DNA from: Neoechinorhynchus agilis
Lineage: Eukaryota; Animalia; Acanthocephala
Direction of reading: 5' to 3'
Assembly (NCBI GenBank): GCA_051530055.1
Contig: CM121343.1
Location: 2,822,389-2,886,388 of the forward strand
Length of the DNA stretch: 64,000 bases
Program-made: the position numbers and the translations under genes
In this document: positions 37,711 to 51,008 of the stretch, in pieces
Numbering within the stretch: position 1 is the first letter of the stretch
Layout: every line of letters begins with the position of its first letter
The notes under the pieces: model-generated
Database searches by the model: none
Told to the model about the DNA's origin: nothing
Seen by the model: the letters and a program-made list of their open reading frames with translations, nothing else

Positions 37711-38050
37711 GTCGAGATTCGTCGCTAATTCCAATGACACCCTTTTGTCCGATCTCCTCTTTGTTAGCAGGCTTAGGTTCAACATTTCTTTTGCTCACTA
37801 GTAAACGACCTCTTCGTTTTATTAATGAAGTCATTCGGCATTGTCTCCTTCGTTTCTGCTCGACGAAACCAATCTTTGTACGATATTTCCTTGAGTTTTC
37901 TGATTTTGCGATCTAAACATTCAACTTTCACCACAAGCCTTTTCCTTCCGGTTTCTTTGCTTCGAATGATTAGCCAACTGAACTCATTGTCATCAATCGT
38001 TTGCCTAATTTCTTGTAGGCTCATAATCGTCAGCGATAATGAACCCAACG

Positions 38051-41000
38051 AGGTTAATATCTCGTGTTGTTAAAAAGTTTGGGGCCGATAACAAAAGACG
38101 GAACTTTAAGGAACAAACACAAATTTGTGTACAAAGGAATCGTTTTGTTTCGTTTTTCTAAAGGTTTCATTTAAATGAATACGACATAAAAGCGTTAATA
38201 TCTCGTGTTGTTAAAAAGTTTTGGGCCGATAACAAAAGGCGGAACTTTAAGGAACAAAGACAAATTTGTGTACAAAGGAATCGTTTGGTTTCGTTTTTTC
38301 TTAATGTTTCATGTAAATGAATCGAAATAAAAGCGTTAATATCTCGTGTCGTTAAAAAGTTTGGGGCCGATAACAAAAGACGGAACTTTAAGGAACAAAC
38401 ACAAATTTGTGTACAAAGGAATCGTTCGGTTTCGTTTTTTCTAAAGGTTTCTTGTAAATGATTCGACATAAAAGCGTTAATATCTCGTGTTGTTAAGAAA
38501 TTTGGGGCCGATAACGAAAGACGGAACTTTAAGGAACAAAGACAAATTTGTGTACAAAGGAATCGTTTGGTTTCGTTTTTTCTTAATGTTTCATGTAAAT
38601 GAATCGACATAAAAGCGTTAATATCTCGCGTTGTTTAGAAGTTTGGGGTCGATAACGAAACACGGAACTTTATGGAACAAACACAAATTTGTGTACAAAG
38701 GAATCGTTTGGTTTCGTTTTTTCTAAAGGTTTCATGTAAATGAATCGACGTAAAAGCGTTAATATCTCGTGTTGTTAAAAGGTTTTGGGCCGATAACAAA
38801 AGGCGGAACTTTAAGGAACAAAGACAAATTTGTGTACAAAGGAATCGTTTGGTTTTCGTTTTTTCTAAAGGTTTCATGTAAATGAATCGACATAAAAGCG
38901 TTAATATCTCGTGTTGTTAAAAAGTTTGGGGCGATAACAAAAGACAGAACTTTAAGGAAAAAACACAAATTTTTGTACAAAGGAATCGTTTGGTTTCGTT
39001 TTTTCTAAAGGTTTCATTTAAATGAATCGACATAAAAGCGTTAATATCTCGTGTAGTTCAGAAGTTTCTGGCCGATAACAAAAGACGGAACTTTAAGGAA
39101 CAAACACAAATTTGTGTACAAAGGAATCGTTTGGTTTCGTTTTTTCTAAAGGGTTCATGTAAATGAATCGACATAAAAGCGTTAATATCTCGTGTTGTTA
39201 AAAAGTTTGGAGCCGATAACAAAAGACGGAACTTTAAGGAACAAATACAGATTTGTGTACAAAGCAATCGTTTGGTTTCGTTTTTTCTAAAGGTTTCATG
39301 TAAATGAATCGACATAAAGCCGTTAATATCTCGTGTTGTTAAGAAATTTGGGGCCGATAACAAAAGACGGAACTTTAAGGAACAAACACAAATTTTTGTA
39401 CAAAGGAATCGTTTGGTTTCGTTTTTTCTAAAGGTTTCATGTAAATGAATCGACATAAAAGCGTTAATATCTCGTGTTGTTAAAAAGTTTGGGGCCGATA
39501 ACACGAAAGACGGAACTTTAGGGAACAAACACAAATTTGTGTACAAAGGAATCGTTTTGTTTCGTTTTTTCTAAAGGTTTCATTTAAATGAATCGACATA
39601 AAAGCGTTAATATCTCTCGTATTTGTTAAGGGGTGCAGGGCCGATAACAAAAGACGGAACTTTAAGGAACAAACACAAATTTGTGTACAAAGGAATCGTT
39701 TGGTTCGTTTTTTCTAAGGTTTCATGTAAATGAATCGACATAAAAGCGTTAATATCTCGTGTTGTTAAAAAGTTTTGGGCCGATAAGAAAAGACGGAACT
39801 TTAAGGAACAAACACAAATTTGTGTACAAAGGAATCGTTTGGTTTCGTTTTTTCTAAAGGTTTCATGTAAATGAATCGACATAAAAGCGTTAATATCTCG
39901 TGTCGTTAAAAAGTTTGGGCCGATAACGAAAGACGGAACTTTAAGGAACAAATACAAATTTGTGTACAAAGGAATCGTTTGGTTTCGCTTTTTTCTAAAG
40001 GTTTCATGTAAATGAATCGACATAAAAGCGTTAATATCTCGTGTTGTTAAAAAGTTTGGGCCGATAACAAAAGACGGAACTTTAAGGAACAAACACAAAT
40101 GTGTGTACAAAGCAATCGTTTGGTTTCGTTTTTTCTAACGGTTTCATGTAAATGAATCGACATAAAAGCGTTAATGTCTCGTGTTGTTAAAAAGTTTGGG
40201 GCCGATAACAAAAGACGGAACTTTAAGGAACAAATACAGATTTGTGTACAAAGCAATCGTTTGGTTTCGTTTTTTCTAAAGGTTTCATTTAAATGAATCG
40301 ACATAAAAGCGTTAATATCTCGTGTTGTTAAGAAATTTGGGGCCGATAACAAAAGACGGAACTTTAAGGAACAAACACAAATTTGTGTACAAAGCAATCG
40401 TTTGGTTTCGTTTTTTCTAAAGGTTTCATTTAAATGAATCGACATAAAAGCGTTAATATCTCGTGTTGTTAAGAAATTTGGGGCCGATAACAAAAGACGG
40501 AACTTTAAGGAACAAACACAAATTTGTGTACAAAGGAATCGTTTGGTTTCGTTTTTTCTAAAGGTTTCATGTAAATGAATCGACATAAAAGCGTTAATAT
40601 CTCGTGTTGTTAAAAAGTTTGGGGCCGATAACAAAAGACGGAACTTTAAGGAACAAACACAAATTTGTGTACAAAGGAATCGTTTTGTTTCGTTTTTTCT
40701 AAAGGTTTCATTTAAATGAATCGACATAAAGCCGTTAATATCTCGTGTTGTTAAGAAATTTGGGGCCGATAACAAAAGACGGAACTTTAAGGAACAAACA
40801 CAAATTTGTGTACAAAGGAATCGTTTTGTTTCGTTTTTTCTAAAGGTTTCATTTAAATGAATCGACATAAAAGCGTTAGTATCTCGTGTTGTTAAAAAGT
40901 TTTGGGCCGATAACAAAAGACGGAACTTTAAGGAACAAACACAAATTTGTGTACAAAGGAATCGTTTTGTTTCGTTTTTTCTAAAGGTTTCATTTAAATG

Positions 41001-42550
41001 AATCGACATAAAAGCGTTAATATCTCGTGTTGTTAAAAGTTTGGGGCCGATAACAAAAGACGGAACTTTAAGGAACAAATACAGATTTGTGTACAAAGCA
41101 ATCGTTTGGTTTCGTTTTTTTCTAAGGTTTCATGTGGATATGAACCGACATAAAGCCGTTAATATCTCGTGTTGTTAAAAAGTTTGGGGCCGATAACAAA
41201 AGACGTTTAAGGAACAAACACAAATTTGTGTACAAAGGAATCGTTTGGTTTCGTTTTTTTCTAAAGGTTTCATGTAAATGAATCGACATAAAAGCGTTAA
41301 TATCTCGTGTTGTTAAAAAGTTTGGGGCCGATAACAAAAGACGGAACTTTAAGGAACAAATACAGATTTGTGTACAAAGCAATCGTTTGGTTTCGTTTTT
41401 TCTAAAGGTTTCATGTGAATGAACCGACATAAAGCCGTTAATATCTCGTGTTGTTAAGAAATTTGGGGCCGATAACAAGAGACGAAACTTTAAGGAACAA
41501 ACACAAATTTGTGTACAAAGCAATCGTTTGGTTTCGTTTTTTCTAAAGGTTTCATGTGAATGAATCGACATAAAAGCGTTAATATCTCGTGTTGTTAAAA
41601 GTTTGGGGCCGATAACAAAAAGACGGAACTTTAAGGAACAAACACAAATTTGTGTACAAAGCAATCGTTTGGTTTCGTTTTTTCTAAAGGTTTCATGTGA
41701 ATGAACCGACATAAAGCCGTTAATATCTCGTGTTGTTAAAAAGTTTGGGGCCGATAACAAAAGACGGAACTTTAAGGAACAAACACAAATTTGTGTACAA
41801 AGGAATCGTTTGGTTTCGTTTTTTCTAAAGGTTTCATGTAAATGAATCGACATAAAAGCGTTAATATCTCGTGTTGTTAAGAAGTTTGGGCCGATAACAA
41901 AAGACGGAACTTTAAGGAACAAACACAAATTTGTGTACAAAGGAATCGTTTGGTTTTTCGTTTTTTCTAAAGGTTTCATGTAAATGAATCGACATAAAAG
42001 CGTTAATATCTCGTGTTGTTAAAAAGTTTTGGGCCGATAACAAAAGACGGAACTTTAAGGAACAAACACAAATTTGTGTACAAAGCAATCGTTTGGTTTC
42101 GTTTTTTCTAAAGGTTTCATGTGAATGAACCGACATAAAGCCGTTAATATCTCGTGTTGTTAAGAAATTTGGGGCCGATAACAAAAGACGGAACTTTAAG
42201 GAACAAACACAAATTTGTGTACAAAGGAATCGTTTGGTTTCGTTTTTTCTAAAGGTTTCATGTAAATGAATCGACATGAAAGCGTTAATATCTCGTGTTG
42301 TTAAAAAGTTTGGGCCGATAACAAAAGACGGAACTTTAAGGAACAAACACAAATTTGTGTTCAAAGCAATCGTTTGGTTTCGTTTTTTCTAACGGTTTCA
42401 TGTAAATTAATCGACATAAAAGCGTTAATATCTCGTGTTGTTAAGAAATTTCGCGGTCAAAAACGATTGTGTCGATAATAAAAGACGGAACTTTAAATAA
42501 CAAATACGAATTTGTGTGCAAAAGAATCATTTGATACGTTTTTTTTTCGA
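38051..42550. repeat. 141-bp tandem satellite, about 31 copies
   Basis: Unit gttaatatctcgtgttgttaaaaagtttggggccgataac...gaatcgacataaaagc is 141 bp and highly homogeneous, with a degenerate last copy at ~42420-42550. Confidence 0.97.
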
Positions 42551-42849
42551 AGGGTTTCATTTGAACGTTTTTTTACAGAATCCGAAATTTTTAACGCGCA
42601 TGCGGGCAAATTATTTATGGGCATGCATTTACATCGAATTGATGTTGAATAGAAAAGTTTTTTATTAATTTATGTTAACTTTTACATGTTAAGTTTAGAT
42701 AAGTTGTGTAAATACCATTGGAAAATTTCCCTTTCAGACGTTGCTTGAATCTAAAGTATTTTACTTTTGTGCTACCGTACGAATTATTCCAAATTTACCT
42801 GAATAAATCCTCTAAGTTGCAATTGACGACATTGAAAATCAATTTTCCG

Positions 42850-45620
42850 TAGCTAATGATCACTTTACTGGATTAAGCTGTAAAGTTCCGGGTATATATT
42901 TTTTTAATAAAACCTTTGCATAAATTTTATTAATTTGTTTGTCGCTATCAATGTCATATCGTTATTTTGAGACAAGTCTCTTTAAAAACATTTAGTATAA
43001 AAATTCTAGATCAAAGTAGTTACATTTTTATGGTTTTTACATTTGTCGTTAACGACATTATAGGATAGACGGTCACATTTGCGTTGCTTAAATTTCTATA
43101 AACGGTGTTTTAGGTACATTACTTTGGGTTCCAAACCGCACAATGTTTTCAACGAATTTAAATGATCAAAATATCCAGGTAATATTTTTCCGATTTTGTT
43201 TGTTGATAAATCTCTATTGCAGATTTTACTAGATCATCACATTAGCCACTATTAAAACTTACAGATACAGCAATTGTGATTGACCTTCCCATGCGTCTTG
43301 CAAAATTTGTCTTATTGTGTTGTTTGATAGATCCCTGAAATACCTTATACTTCACTTTTCTTTTTAATGAATACTAACAATTTTCTTAAATTTCCAATTT
43401 CGTAAAAAGCTCGCCGTGGCACGAACAATAGTTTGTTTGAAGAGAGATCTCTAAAATATTTAAAGTAGATTTTAGTTGCGATATTTTCGAACTTACAATT
43501 TTTTCAACTTTTTTAAGCCACTAAACAAACCAGTGTTCATAATTCTTATATTGTTTCCTTGCAGAAACCTAGAATATTTTAATTTTTTAGTGAACGTTAA
43601 GATTCAAATTTTATATCTGATATATGTACTGCAAAACATTTTTTTATGGGAATGTGTAATTATCTGTCATATAAAAAGATGAATGGTAAGCTTTTGTACT
43701 AACATTTTTGTCACATTCCCGAGATGTTTAAAAAATCCTGGTGCGATATTTAAAATCTTATTGTTGTTAAGATAGCTATATAGATTAGTGAGAATATTTT
43801 AATCGCCTAACAGGTCCATTTACAGTTCACTTAGGGTTTTTGTATCCTGTAATAACTTAAAAGGAATTGTCTCAAGCCTGTTGTATGAAAAATCTCTAAA
43901 TACGCATTGCTGTCGAGTATCAAAAACTTTTGTACTTACAGAATGACTAAATCGACCAACTTTTGAAAGCTCCATTCATATATTTCGTAAATTCTATTAT
44001 GAGATACGTTCCTGTAAAAAATAATTTTATTTAGTTTCCGAATATGAAATCCTTTTCCAGACGTACAATATTTTTAATCTTTCGCAATTCGAAAACATTG
44101 GTGGATAAATTTTCTTCAATTCATTTTCAGATAGATCTCTAAATTCAAAATAAGCAGTCGCTGCGAAAAGTAAACTGAAATGCTCACATATTCGAAATGT
44201 TTGCAAAAAATGAGAAAAATGTGAATACATTTTCAAATGTTTCACTTTTTCAAATTTTAGTTTTTACTGTAAATGGAAATACTTACTTTGCTGCATTAGA
44301 GTCGATGATTTGTGGAATGATGCTGTTAATTTCATTTTTGGATATGGAGCTAGGTAGGAATTCAAAATGCTGCTCTTTGGCACCTTTTCTTACAATTCAC
44401 GGAGATTTGGAAAATATCTTAAAACTACTAAACGTACAAATTTAATTGGATTATTGTCTAAGTATCTAAATAATGCGATAAGATTTTTTCAAAACTAAGT
44501 GATAAACATACAATCTTTCCAATTTTCCGTTATCTTGGAAGATATCATTTTCTAAATATTCGATCATATTGTGAGATAGGTCTCTAAAACATCGAGTCAT
44601 TATCGTTTTGCACAATTAAATACTTACATTTTTTTTAGTGATATCAAACCCTTAAAATCCATTGATTTTATCGTGGTCAATGAACAATTCGATATTCGTC
44701 TAAATCCAAGGAATGTCACAATCGCTTTACTTATGGTTTCGTTTACTCACAGAATCCCAAGGTTGGTCAAATTTTCAAATAGATAATCAATATGTTCAAG
44801 TTTAGTGTTTGATAGATCGCTAAATAATCTTTATATTTTTAGCATTTTTAAAATTGGTTCAATTTTTACAGATGAGTTAGATTTTCAAAATAACGAAATC
44901 CTAAGTCAATTGTTGATCGACTTAGTTTATTCCCTTCAATATTTCTTGAAAAATTCATTGAAGGTTCGAAAAAAAAGCGTCAATGCTTACAAATGATTCA
45001 GTGTGCTCATGTTCAGAGATAAAAGGTTGTATCTAAAATTATACACTTTGTTCCAACTGACATCTCTAAATTCGAACTCGTTATTGATGCGGACACTGCA
45101 ATCGAACCTACAGCAATTTAACATATTTGAATAAGAACAATTCTGAGTTTATTTGAAGGAGGTAATTGTGAGATAGATTGCTGCAACGAAAGTTTAGAAT
45201 CATTATGCGACACGCCAGTCATACAGATAGCGCAATTCTTTGTTTTTTGAGAAAACCGCATGAGTTATTTTTTTTAAACGATTATTGCTCAGATCACTAA
45301 ATTATGAAAACGAGATTTCTAAATTTATTTCCTTCCACTTACATAAAGCGCAGAGAGGCTGCTCCTTTGAATAAATCATCGTCAGGTTCATTAAGGTGAT
45401 TAAATGACAAGTCTCTATAATATTAGTAGCTTTTAGTCGCTGTAAACAAGAACCTACAACGATAATAATCCATTTGCACAAGCACTAAATGGCCCGACAT
45501 GTTGACCAATTTTATTTCTGCTCGCATTTCTAAAAGATGGCAAACGTTTACCTGCTCACTGCATCTTTTAAAATGATTGACGTCAGATTTTTAGAGAAAT
45601 ATCCGTTATTCAGATAATGC
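42850..45620 (-). CDS. Leucine-rich-repeat protein encoded by a series of ~72-bp phase-2 exons (both ends unresolved)
   Basis: Exons such as 45343-45414 DLSFNHLNEPDDDLFKGAASLRF, DLSHNMIEYLENDIFQDNGKLER, DLSENELKKIYPPMFSNCERLKI, DFSYNRLETIPFKLLQDTKTLSE, FLQGNNIRIMNTGLFSGLKKLKK and DLSTNKIGKILPGYFDHLNSLKT, each flanked by AG/GT. At least 12 repeats. Confidence 0.8.
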
Positions 45621-48509
45621 AAATAACATTTTAAAGGACAGTGGAAGGAAATTTTAAAAATTTAATTATTTATTTTGAAATTATATCTAATTTTAAGTTA
45701 TCCCAAGTAGATTATAATCCAAAGCGCATAACAAGTTTCTGGTATTCAGTTGCCGATTCACAAAAGAGTGCTACAAAAATAAATCCCAGAAAAGTTATAC
45801 ATATTTTTATTATTTAATAAATATGTCGCGTTTGGATTTTGAATTAAAAAATAATTGCATAGAATTGTTTTAAATATTGAAATACTATCCGGATTTGTAT
45901 TTAAGAAAATAAATAATTTTAAAAATCTATAAGACAAAATATGCACCGGGTATTGCTAACAATTTATCGTATAAACCCGTATTGCAACAGTATCCGCGTA
46001 TCTTGCTTCTAAAGTACAACCTTAAGACCGTTGCCTGTTATCGATTCGCAATCGCATTACCCTCCAGAATCGATTTCGTAGCCGCAAAGAAAATTGTTAG
46101 TACACTGAATGTAGCCAACTTTATTTCCACTAATGTTGCATTCTCGTATACTCGGAATCTGATTGGATGCCGTTACCGCTATTAATATCGCAATCGGCAA
46201 CAATGTTGCGGCCATTATCATTAGTTGCGGGTTCAGGTTACTTAAGGAACAGCTCTACTTTAGGTCTTGCCGCTGAATAATTAGTCATAAATTCTTGACA
46301 CACACTTGACAGATTCGTTTCTTGAAAGGGTGACTAAATACGCTGCTACCTTTTTTAAATTAGGCTTATTCTTTTAGGACGACTAGAAACATTTTTCTTT
46401 AAGGAAGGCGATTTAAAATTTCTGGTGTTTTTAGTTGAAAATTACTTAACCTTCACAACGATTTTTAATTTACTTGAGCTCCATTGAACGAAAAATCCTT
46501 CTGTATTTTTTCATTTCGCATGCCGCTTGAGAGATCGACTCTACTGAATCCTAAATGAAGAATGGGATACCGAAGGAGAGTAGGAGCTGAGTGATCCTTG
46601 CGAAACTGTGCGCATGATCATTTTTTTTAAATATTTTAAAAATTCTGCACGAATACGCACCGAGTGAATGTGCGTGATTTAATAGTATCACATGAATATG
46701 AAAGCATTTTCGGGTTTTGGTTAAGACATTGCAACACTTAAAAGAGTGATCATTATCTGTTTCGATGTATCTCGAGGTGTGTAATCCTCAGCACATATCC
46801 TCGATGATTTTGCGGATAGTAGACGACTCACATGGATGATTTTTATTAATTCAACTGGAAAATGTGATCGCTATCATTTTTGAGAATATTCAAATGTGAT
46901 TTGTAGCTTTCATGAAGCGATTTAGTCACTATAAAAGGAACTTCAGTGCTCCGTGTTAGTGCCAACCAACTAAAAATGGAGTATAACTAAACAATAATGC
47001 GAATAAAATCGCAGTGATCGATAAAGTTACGAATAGTTAGAAAAATAGCAATATATTTAATATTTCATCATCTCCGCAGCTTTTTGGACAAGATTCACAA
47101 AACGAGCGAGATTTTAGACTAAAATCGAGAATGTTGATTTCGTGTTTAAAAGATTTTAATTTCACAAGGGTACTATAAAACCAACTTCTAAAATGATCGT
47201 AATGACGTAGTTTCTTTTCATTACCAATAAAAATGGTGTACAATCAATCAAATCGACGACTTAGACCAAATAGTAGTTTACGCTACAAACTGGATTTGCG
47301 GACCATGAGTTCAACGCTCGAGCATTCGATCCATCACTCACTGCGACGGTGAAAACTTGACATCCACATTCTGGAAAAGCAACAGAAGCAGAATACAAAT
47401 GAAGTTATAGCACAGCGGTATTGCTTCTTATGGTTGTATACGCAAGATCCATCATAGTTGGTAAAGCGGCTCGATTCGAATTACAAATATCTTTTTATTT
47501 TAAAATAAGGCAACTATCGATGCATGGCGATTGCGAATCAAATAGATTAACTAGTAAAAGCTTTGTACCATGTAACGAAATTTGCGTCTTCAAACTTGGA
47601 GAAGCTCATAGTCGTGGTTATAGACCTAAACATTCGAGTTATAAAACAATTATTATAACCGAATCGTATCTATTGGTTGGGCCATTTTACTGGTCATCGT
47701 CGATTTTAATGAATGATCTAGTAAAAGTTATATTTAAAGATGCTAATATTCGCTTATCCAACTTCAGAAATGAACGAAACTAAACGTTTTTCTCCTGCGG
47801 AAATGCGATCTTTTTATGTTGCGGATTTTTCGTATGAACAAAAAATGCTAAGGAGTTTAGATAGCAAGATTATGTTAATTTAAAGCGAAAATCTTTGGTG
47901 CAACTTCAGCAAAAACTTTACTTAGGCTTTATATTGCCTACAATGCGATCTTCTGTTTAATTTGCTCTTGAATTATTAAGTAGTTGAAAGGGTACACGGT
48001 ACTTTTGGAATGTTTTAAGGGATACTTTTTTACATTCTGCAGCGCATTTTATTTGATTTTTAACGTATTCCTTTAAATGTTTAAGTGAAATATTTAAAAA
48101 GTCCTTTTATTTGGAAGATATCTTTATATGGAATATTTCCCATTTCCAATCTGTCCTATAAATCAAGAAACTCATTTCCGACGCCGATAAAAAATACTAA
48201 ATTGCGAATCGACATTATCTTCAAATCCGACTTTTCTAATTTCGTAACTAGGCATTGAACGTCGATTCACCTTTAACTCACGAGAAAACTCTTTTCTACA
48301 CTCTAAAACTGCATATAAAAATCAGTGAAATAATACTTCGCCGTCCTCAACGTATATGACAACACCAAACTAAGTTTACTTTTCGAATTTACCATTATTG
48401 TAGGACGCCCACGAAAACAGCAAATTTAAAAAATGACGCTGTTTGCTGAAAGAGCAATCCAAGCTATTAAATCGAGAGAAGTTCTCTTGTAGACACAATT
48501 CTTGACGAT

Positions 48510-48790
48510 TTATTCACATGTTTCGTTCAGTAGAAAGTCAGATATGACATCAACGGGGACACTTTTTCCTTTTACCTTCGACGCAGAGTCCACTAACGTT
48601 TCGGCTATTGCCGGTTTCACTGCTGTGTATTCCTGGGCAAAATTATAAGCCCCGGCAGTAGGTGGAAATGTGAGCATGGGTGCTACCATAACACTTGGAT
48701 TTCCACTATCAACATCATCACTACCAGACGATTTTCTACTCTCGATGTTTGGCGAACTGTTTAATAGGCGCACTCGGACTTCCTTTGGTA
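48510..48790 (-). CDS. Terminal exon of a hypothetical protein
   Basis: Open 87+ aa frame preceded by AG acceptor and upstream GTAAGC donor; no family recognised. Confidence 0.3.
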
Positions 48791-49142
48791 TCTAGTGATT
48801 ATTTTCTCAGTTTTAAAGTGTCTAATGCAATAGATTCGCTTACCTCCGCCTGAGTGAGTGATGTTCTATAGTTATCAGGGGAACTCTTTAATAGACTTAC
48901 AGCGAGCTTGCAATCCGATTTTAGTTGCTTCTAAAAAAGGAAGAGTTAAGAGGTATTGCACAAAGATTAAGATGACATCAAAGTGTCATTATACATTCTT
49001 GTTTGAGTGTACGACGCATAATGTCTTGTTCTTGTTGCAAAATGGTTTTTATAGACCCACTTAACCTGCATCACAAGACGCTCATTGCAACTTTAAGATC
49101 GATCGACCCAAAAACTCTGTCCTCCTTTTACTTTCTCAATCA

Positions 49143-49694
49143 ATGGTTTGTGGCGATATTTATGGCAATGATGGAATTGGAAATAGAGGGAAGGAAGATG
49201 ATCAAGTCGTATTAATTGAGAAAGATGTGGATGACAGCGAAGACTCCCGTGAAAATAAGGAACACGAAGCGCCTCCATCAATCTACGAAGTAAAATCAAA
49301 GTTCACCGTTATAAGAAACAAAGGAATTGTGGCGAAAAAGAAGGTAGAGTTCTGGTTCAAGGAGCAAGTGAGTGAAAGGATCCGCAACGTTGGGAAAAGA
49401 CTTCAATCAAAAAAGTCGCTCACAAAAGATACAAAACAGCAGACCATTTATCCGTCTCTTAGCCAATTCCAAGGCATTCCACAGCAACCATTTATCGCGA
49501 CTATTCAACCATCACAGTATTGTCTCGTATATTACACAAGAGAAAATCTTTGTTATGCTGGGCATTTCCCAGTTATTTTCCAACCGATCGGAGTGCCGGT
49601 ACTTCAAACAAACGACTTTTTTTACCAAAATCAACAACCGGGTATCCATTTCAACGATGGAACAAGTGATAAAAGCGGGGAGAAAAGTTCTTGA
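49143..49694 (+). CDS. Hypothetical protein (acidic N-part, Gln/Pro-rich C-part)
   Basis: 183-aa ORF in AT-rich DNA; no family recognised. Confidence 0.4.
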   Translation: MVCGDIYGNDGIGNRGKEDDQVVLIEKDVDDSEDSRENKEHEAPPSIYEVKSKFTVIRNKGIVAKKKVEFWFKEQVSERIRNVGKRLQSKKSLTKDTKQQTIYPSLSQFQGIPQQPFIATIQPSQYCLVYYTRENLCYAGHFPVIFQPIGVPVLQTNDFFYQNQQPGIHFNDGTSDKSGEKSS

Positions 49695-50122
49695 TTTAAT
49701 TACCGTTAACGCCCTTAATTATTAGATTAAAATATATTAGTCGTACTCTATTTCGGTTAGACAAATATTGACTGAAAAGATTTTGTCAAAGGCTTCCATT
49801 AAACCTGAAATCCCACTTATAACCCACATAAAAAGTGCAAAAGCTTCGTAAGTATAAAATGGATCCCCATTAAGATAATGTCCTTCACTTTTTTAAGACA
49901 TTAAATTTTTTGCATTACTCAATTTTCTTATTAAAAGTTTCAGAAAAGAATTTAAAAATGTTCGTTATAGCGTCTTTTTCTTTAACAAAGCACCGAGTGA
50001 ACTTATCTATCAAATTAGTGTACTGCATAAATGGGGGAACTAAAAAATCAAGATTATCTTGATCGATTTGTAAAATCGATTTGCAAGAGACCTTTCAAGC
50101 TTTCGAACATCTCCGATCTGAA

Positions 50123-50420
50123 CTAAATATCCTCACGTACATTTTTTTCAGCCAATTCATCATTTTCCTTCTTGAGTTTATCGCAAATAATTCTAAGAGA
50201 GTGGACTTCTTCGTTCAATTCGTCGATTGTAGTTCGATGTATGTCAATATTCCTTAACAGCCGCTCCTCGAGACTATCGTTCAACTTCTGTACTGCGGCA
50301 TGGCTGGCTAATAATCTTAGATGGCAAACCAACACTCGATCACGAAAATTCAATAAGTCATACCGTTCGTATGCAGCTTTGAGCTGTTCAAACTCCAAAA
50401 CTTGAGCCGAATCCATTGAA
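50123..50420 (-). CDS. Hypothetical coiled-coil protein
   Basis: Heptad-like LNEEVHSLRIICDKLKKENDEL. Probable start MDSAQ near 50418; a 5' extension is possible. Confidence 0.45.
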
Positions 50421-50561
50421 TCTGTAACTTTTAAATAAAAGAGTAGGTCACGTGGCCGCGTTTTCCTGCTCACGTGTAGTGGATTGTGTACGGGTGTGGG
50501 GGAAGAAGTTTTCGGTTGTAGACAAATACATAACAATAGAAGTAAAAGAATACCTTCCACG

Positions 50562-50788
50562 GGCAGTTCTCACCGGTTACTGAGTTGCACGAGGGTCTCG
50601 GCACCCAAATTCACTCAGAGGAAAGTCCCCGGAGTTTGGATCGGAGAGCGATACTCGTAACACGACAACCTGCGTTCGGATGAACCACACAAGTGGCAAG
50701 TAGATTGCGGGATGCTCGAAGCAGAGAAATGCCGGGTGGTCGCCTTGGAGACATGGCGACTTACAGAATGGGGCTTATGCGAACTGCC
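50562..50788 (+). ncRNA. RMRP: RNase MRP RNA
   Basis: P1: ggcagttc (50562-69) pairs with gaactgcc (50781-88), followed by T6. CR-I GAGGAAAGTCCCCGG at 50618-32. P8 atcg-GAGAG-cgat (GARAR loop) at 50640-52. CR-V ACagaatGGGGCTTA pairs with CR-I to form P4. P3 ctgagt/actcag. Confidence 0.9.
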
Positions 50789-51008
50789 TTTTTTCGTTTT
50801 TCCATGTAGTAAACCCTGGGGGAAAATAGACCTTTTTCTTAGTTATACCAAACCGCATTTAAATATTTACCGATTTATTACCGATGTTTCGTCGATGCCT
50901 TTTTTCGTTTCCATGTAAACCTTTGAATTGGGGGGAAATAGACCTTTTTCTTAGTTATACCAAACCGCATTTAAATATTTACTGATTTATCACCGATGTT
51001 TCGTCGAA
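50785..51008. repeat. ~111-bp direct tandem duplication immediately after the MRP RNA, with a partial inverted copy at ~51150-51195
   Basis: tgccttttttcgttt...gaccttttt cttagttataccaaaccgcatttaaatattt...ccgatgtttcgtcga occurs twice. Confidence 0.8.

Noticed and set aside
38167-42364. Long 47-aa repeat ORFs (up to 349 aa) as a repeat protein
   Set aside because: They follow from a 141-bp (47-codon) unit with no stop on one strand; frequent 1-bp indels shift the frame, so there is no sign of coding constraint.
20370-42550. CRISPR arrays in the two tandem repeats
   Set aside because: No unique spacers, no cas genes, and the context is spliced eukaryotic DNA.
46555-46595. C/D-box snoRNA (ATGAAGA...CTGA)
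   Set aside because: Too short, no terminal stem, no recognisable guide.
47421-47783. 120-aa + strand ORF as a gene
   Set aside because: No motif, AT-rich composition, and the - strand has more plausible splice signals; no model could be supported.
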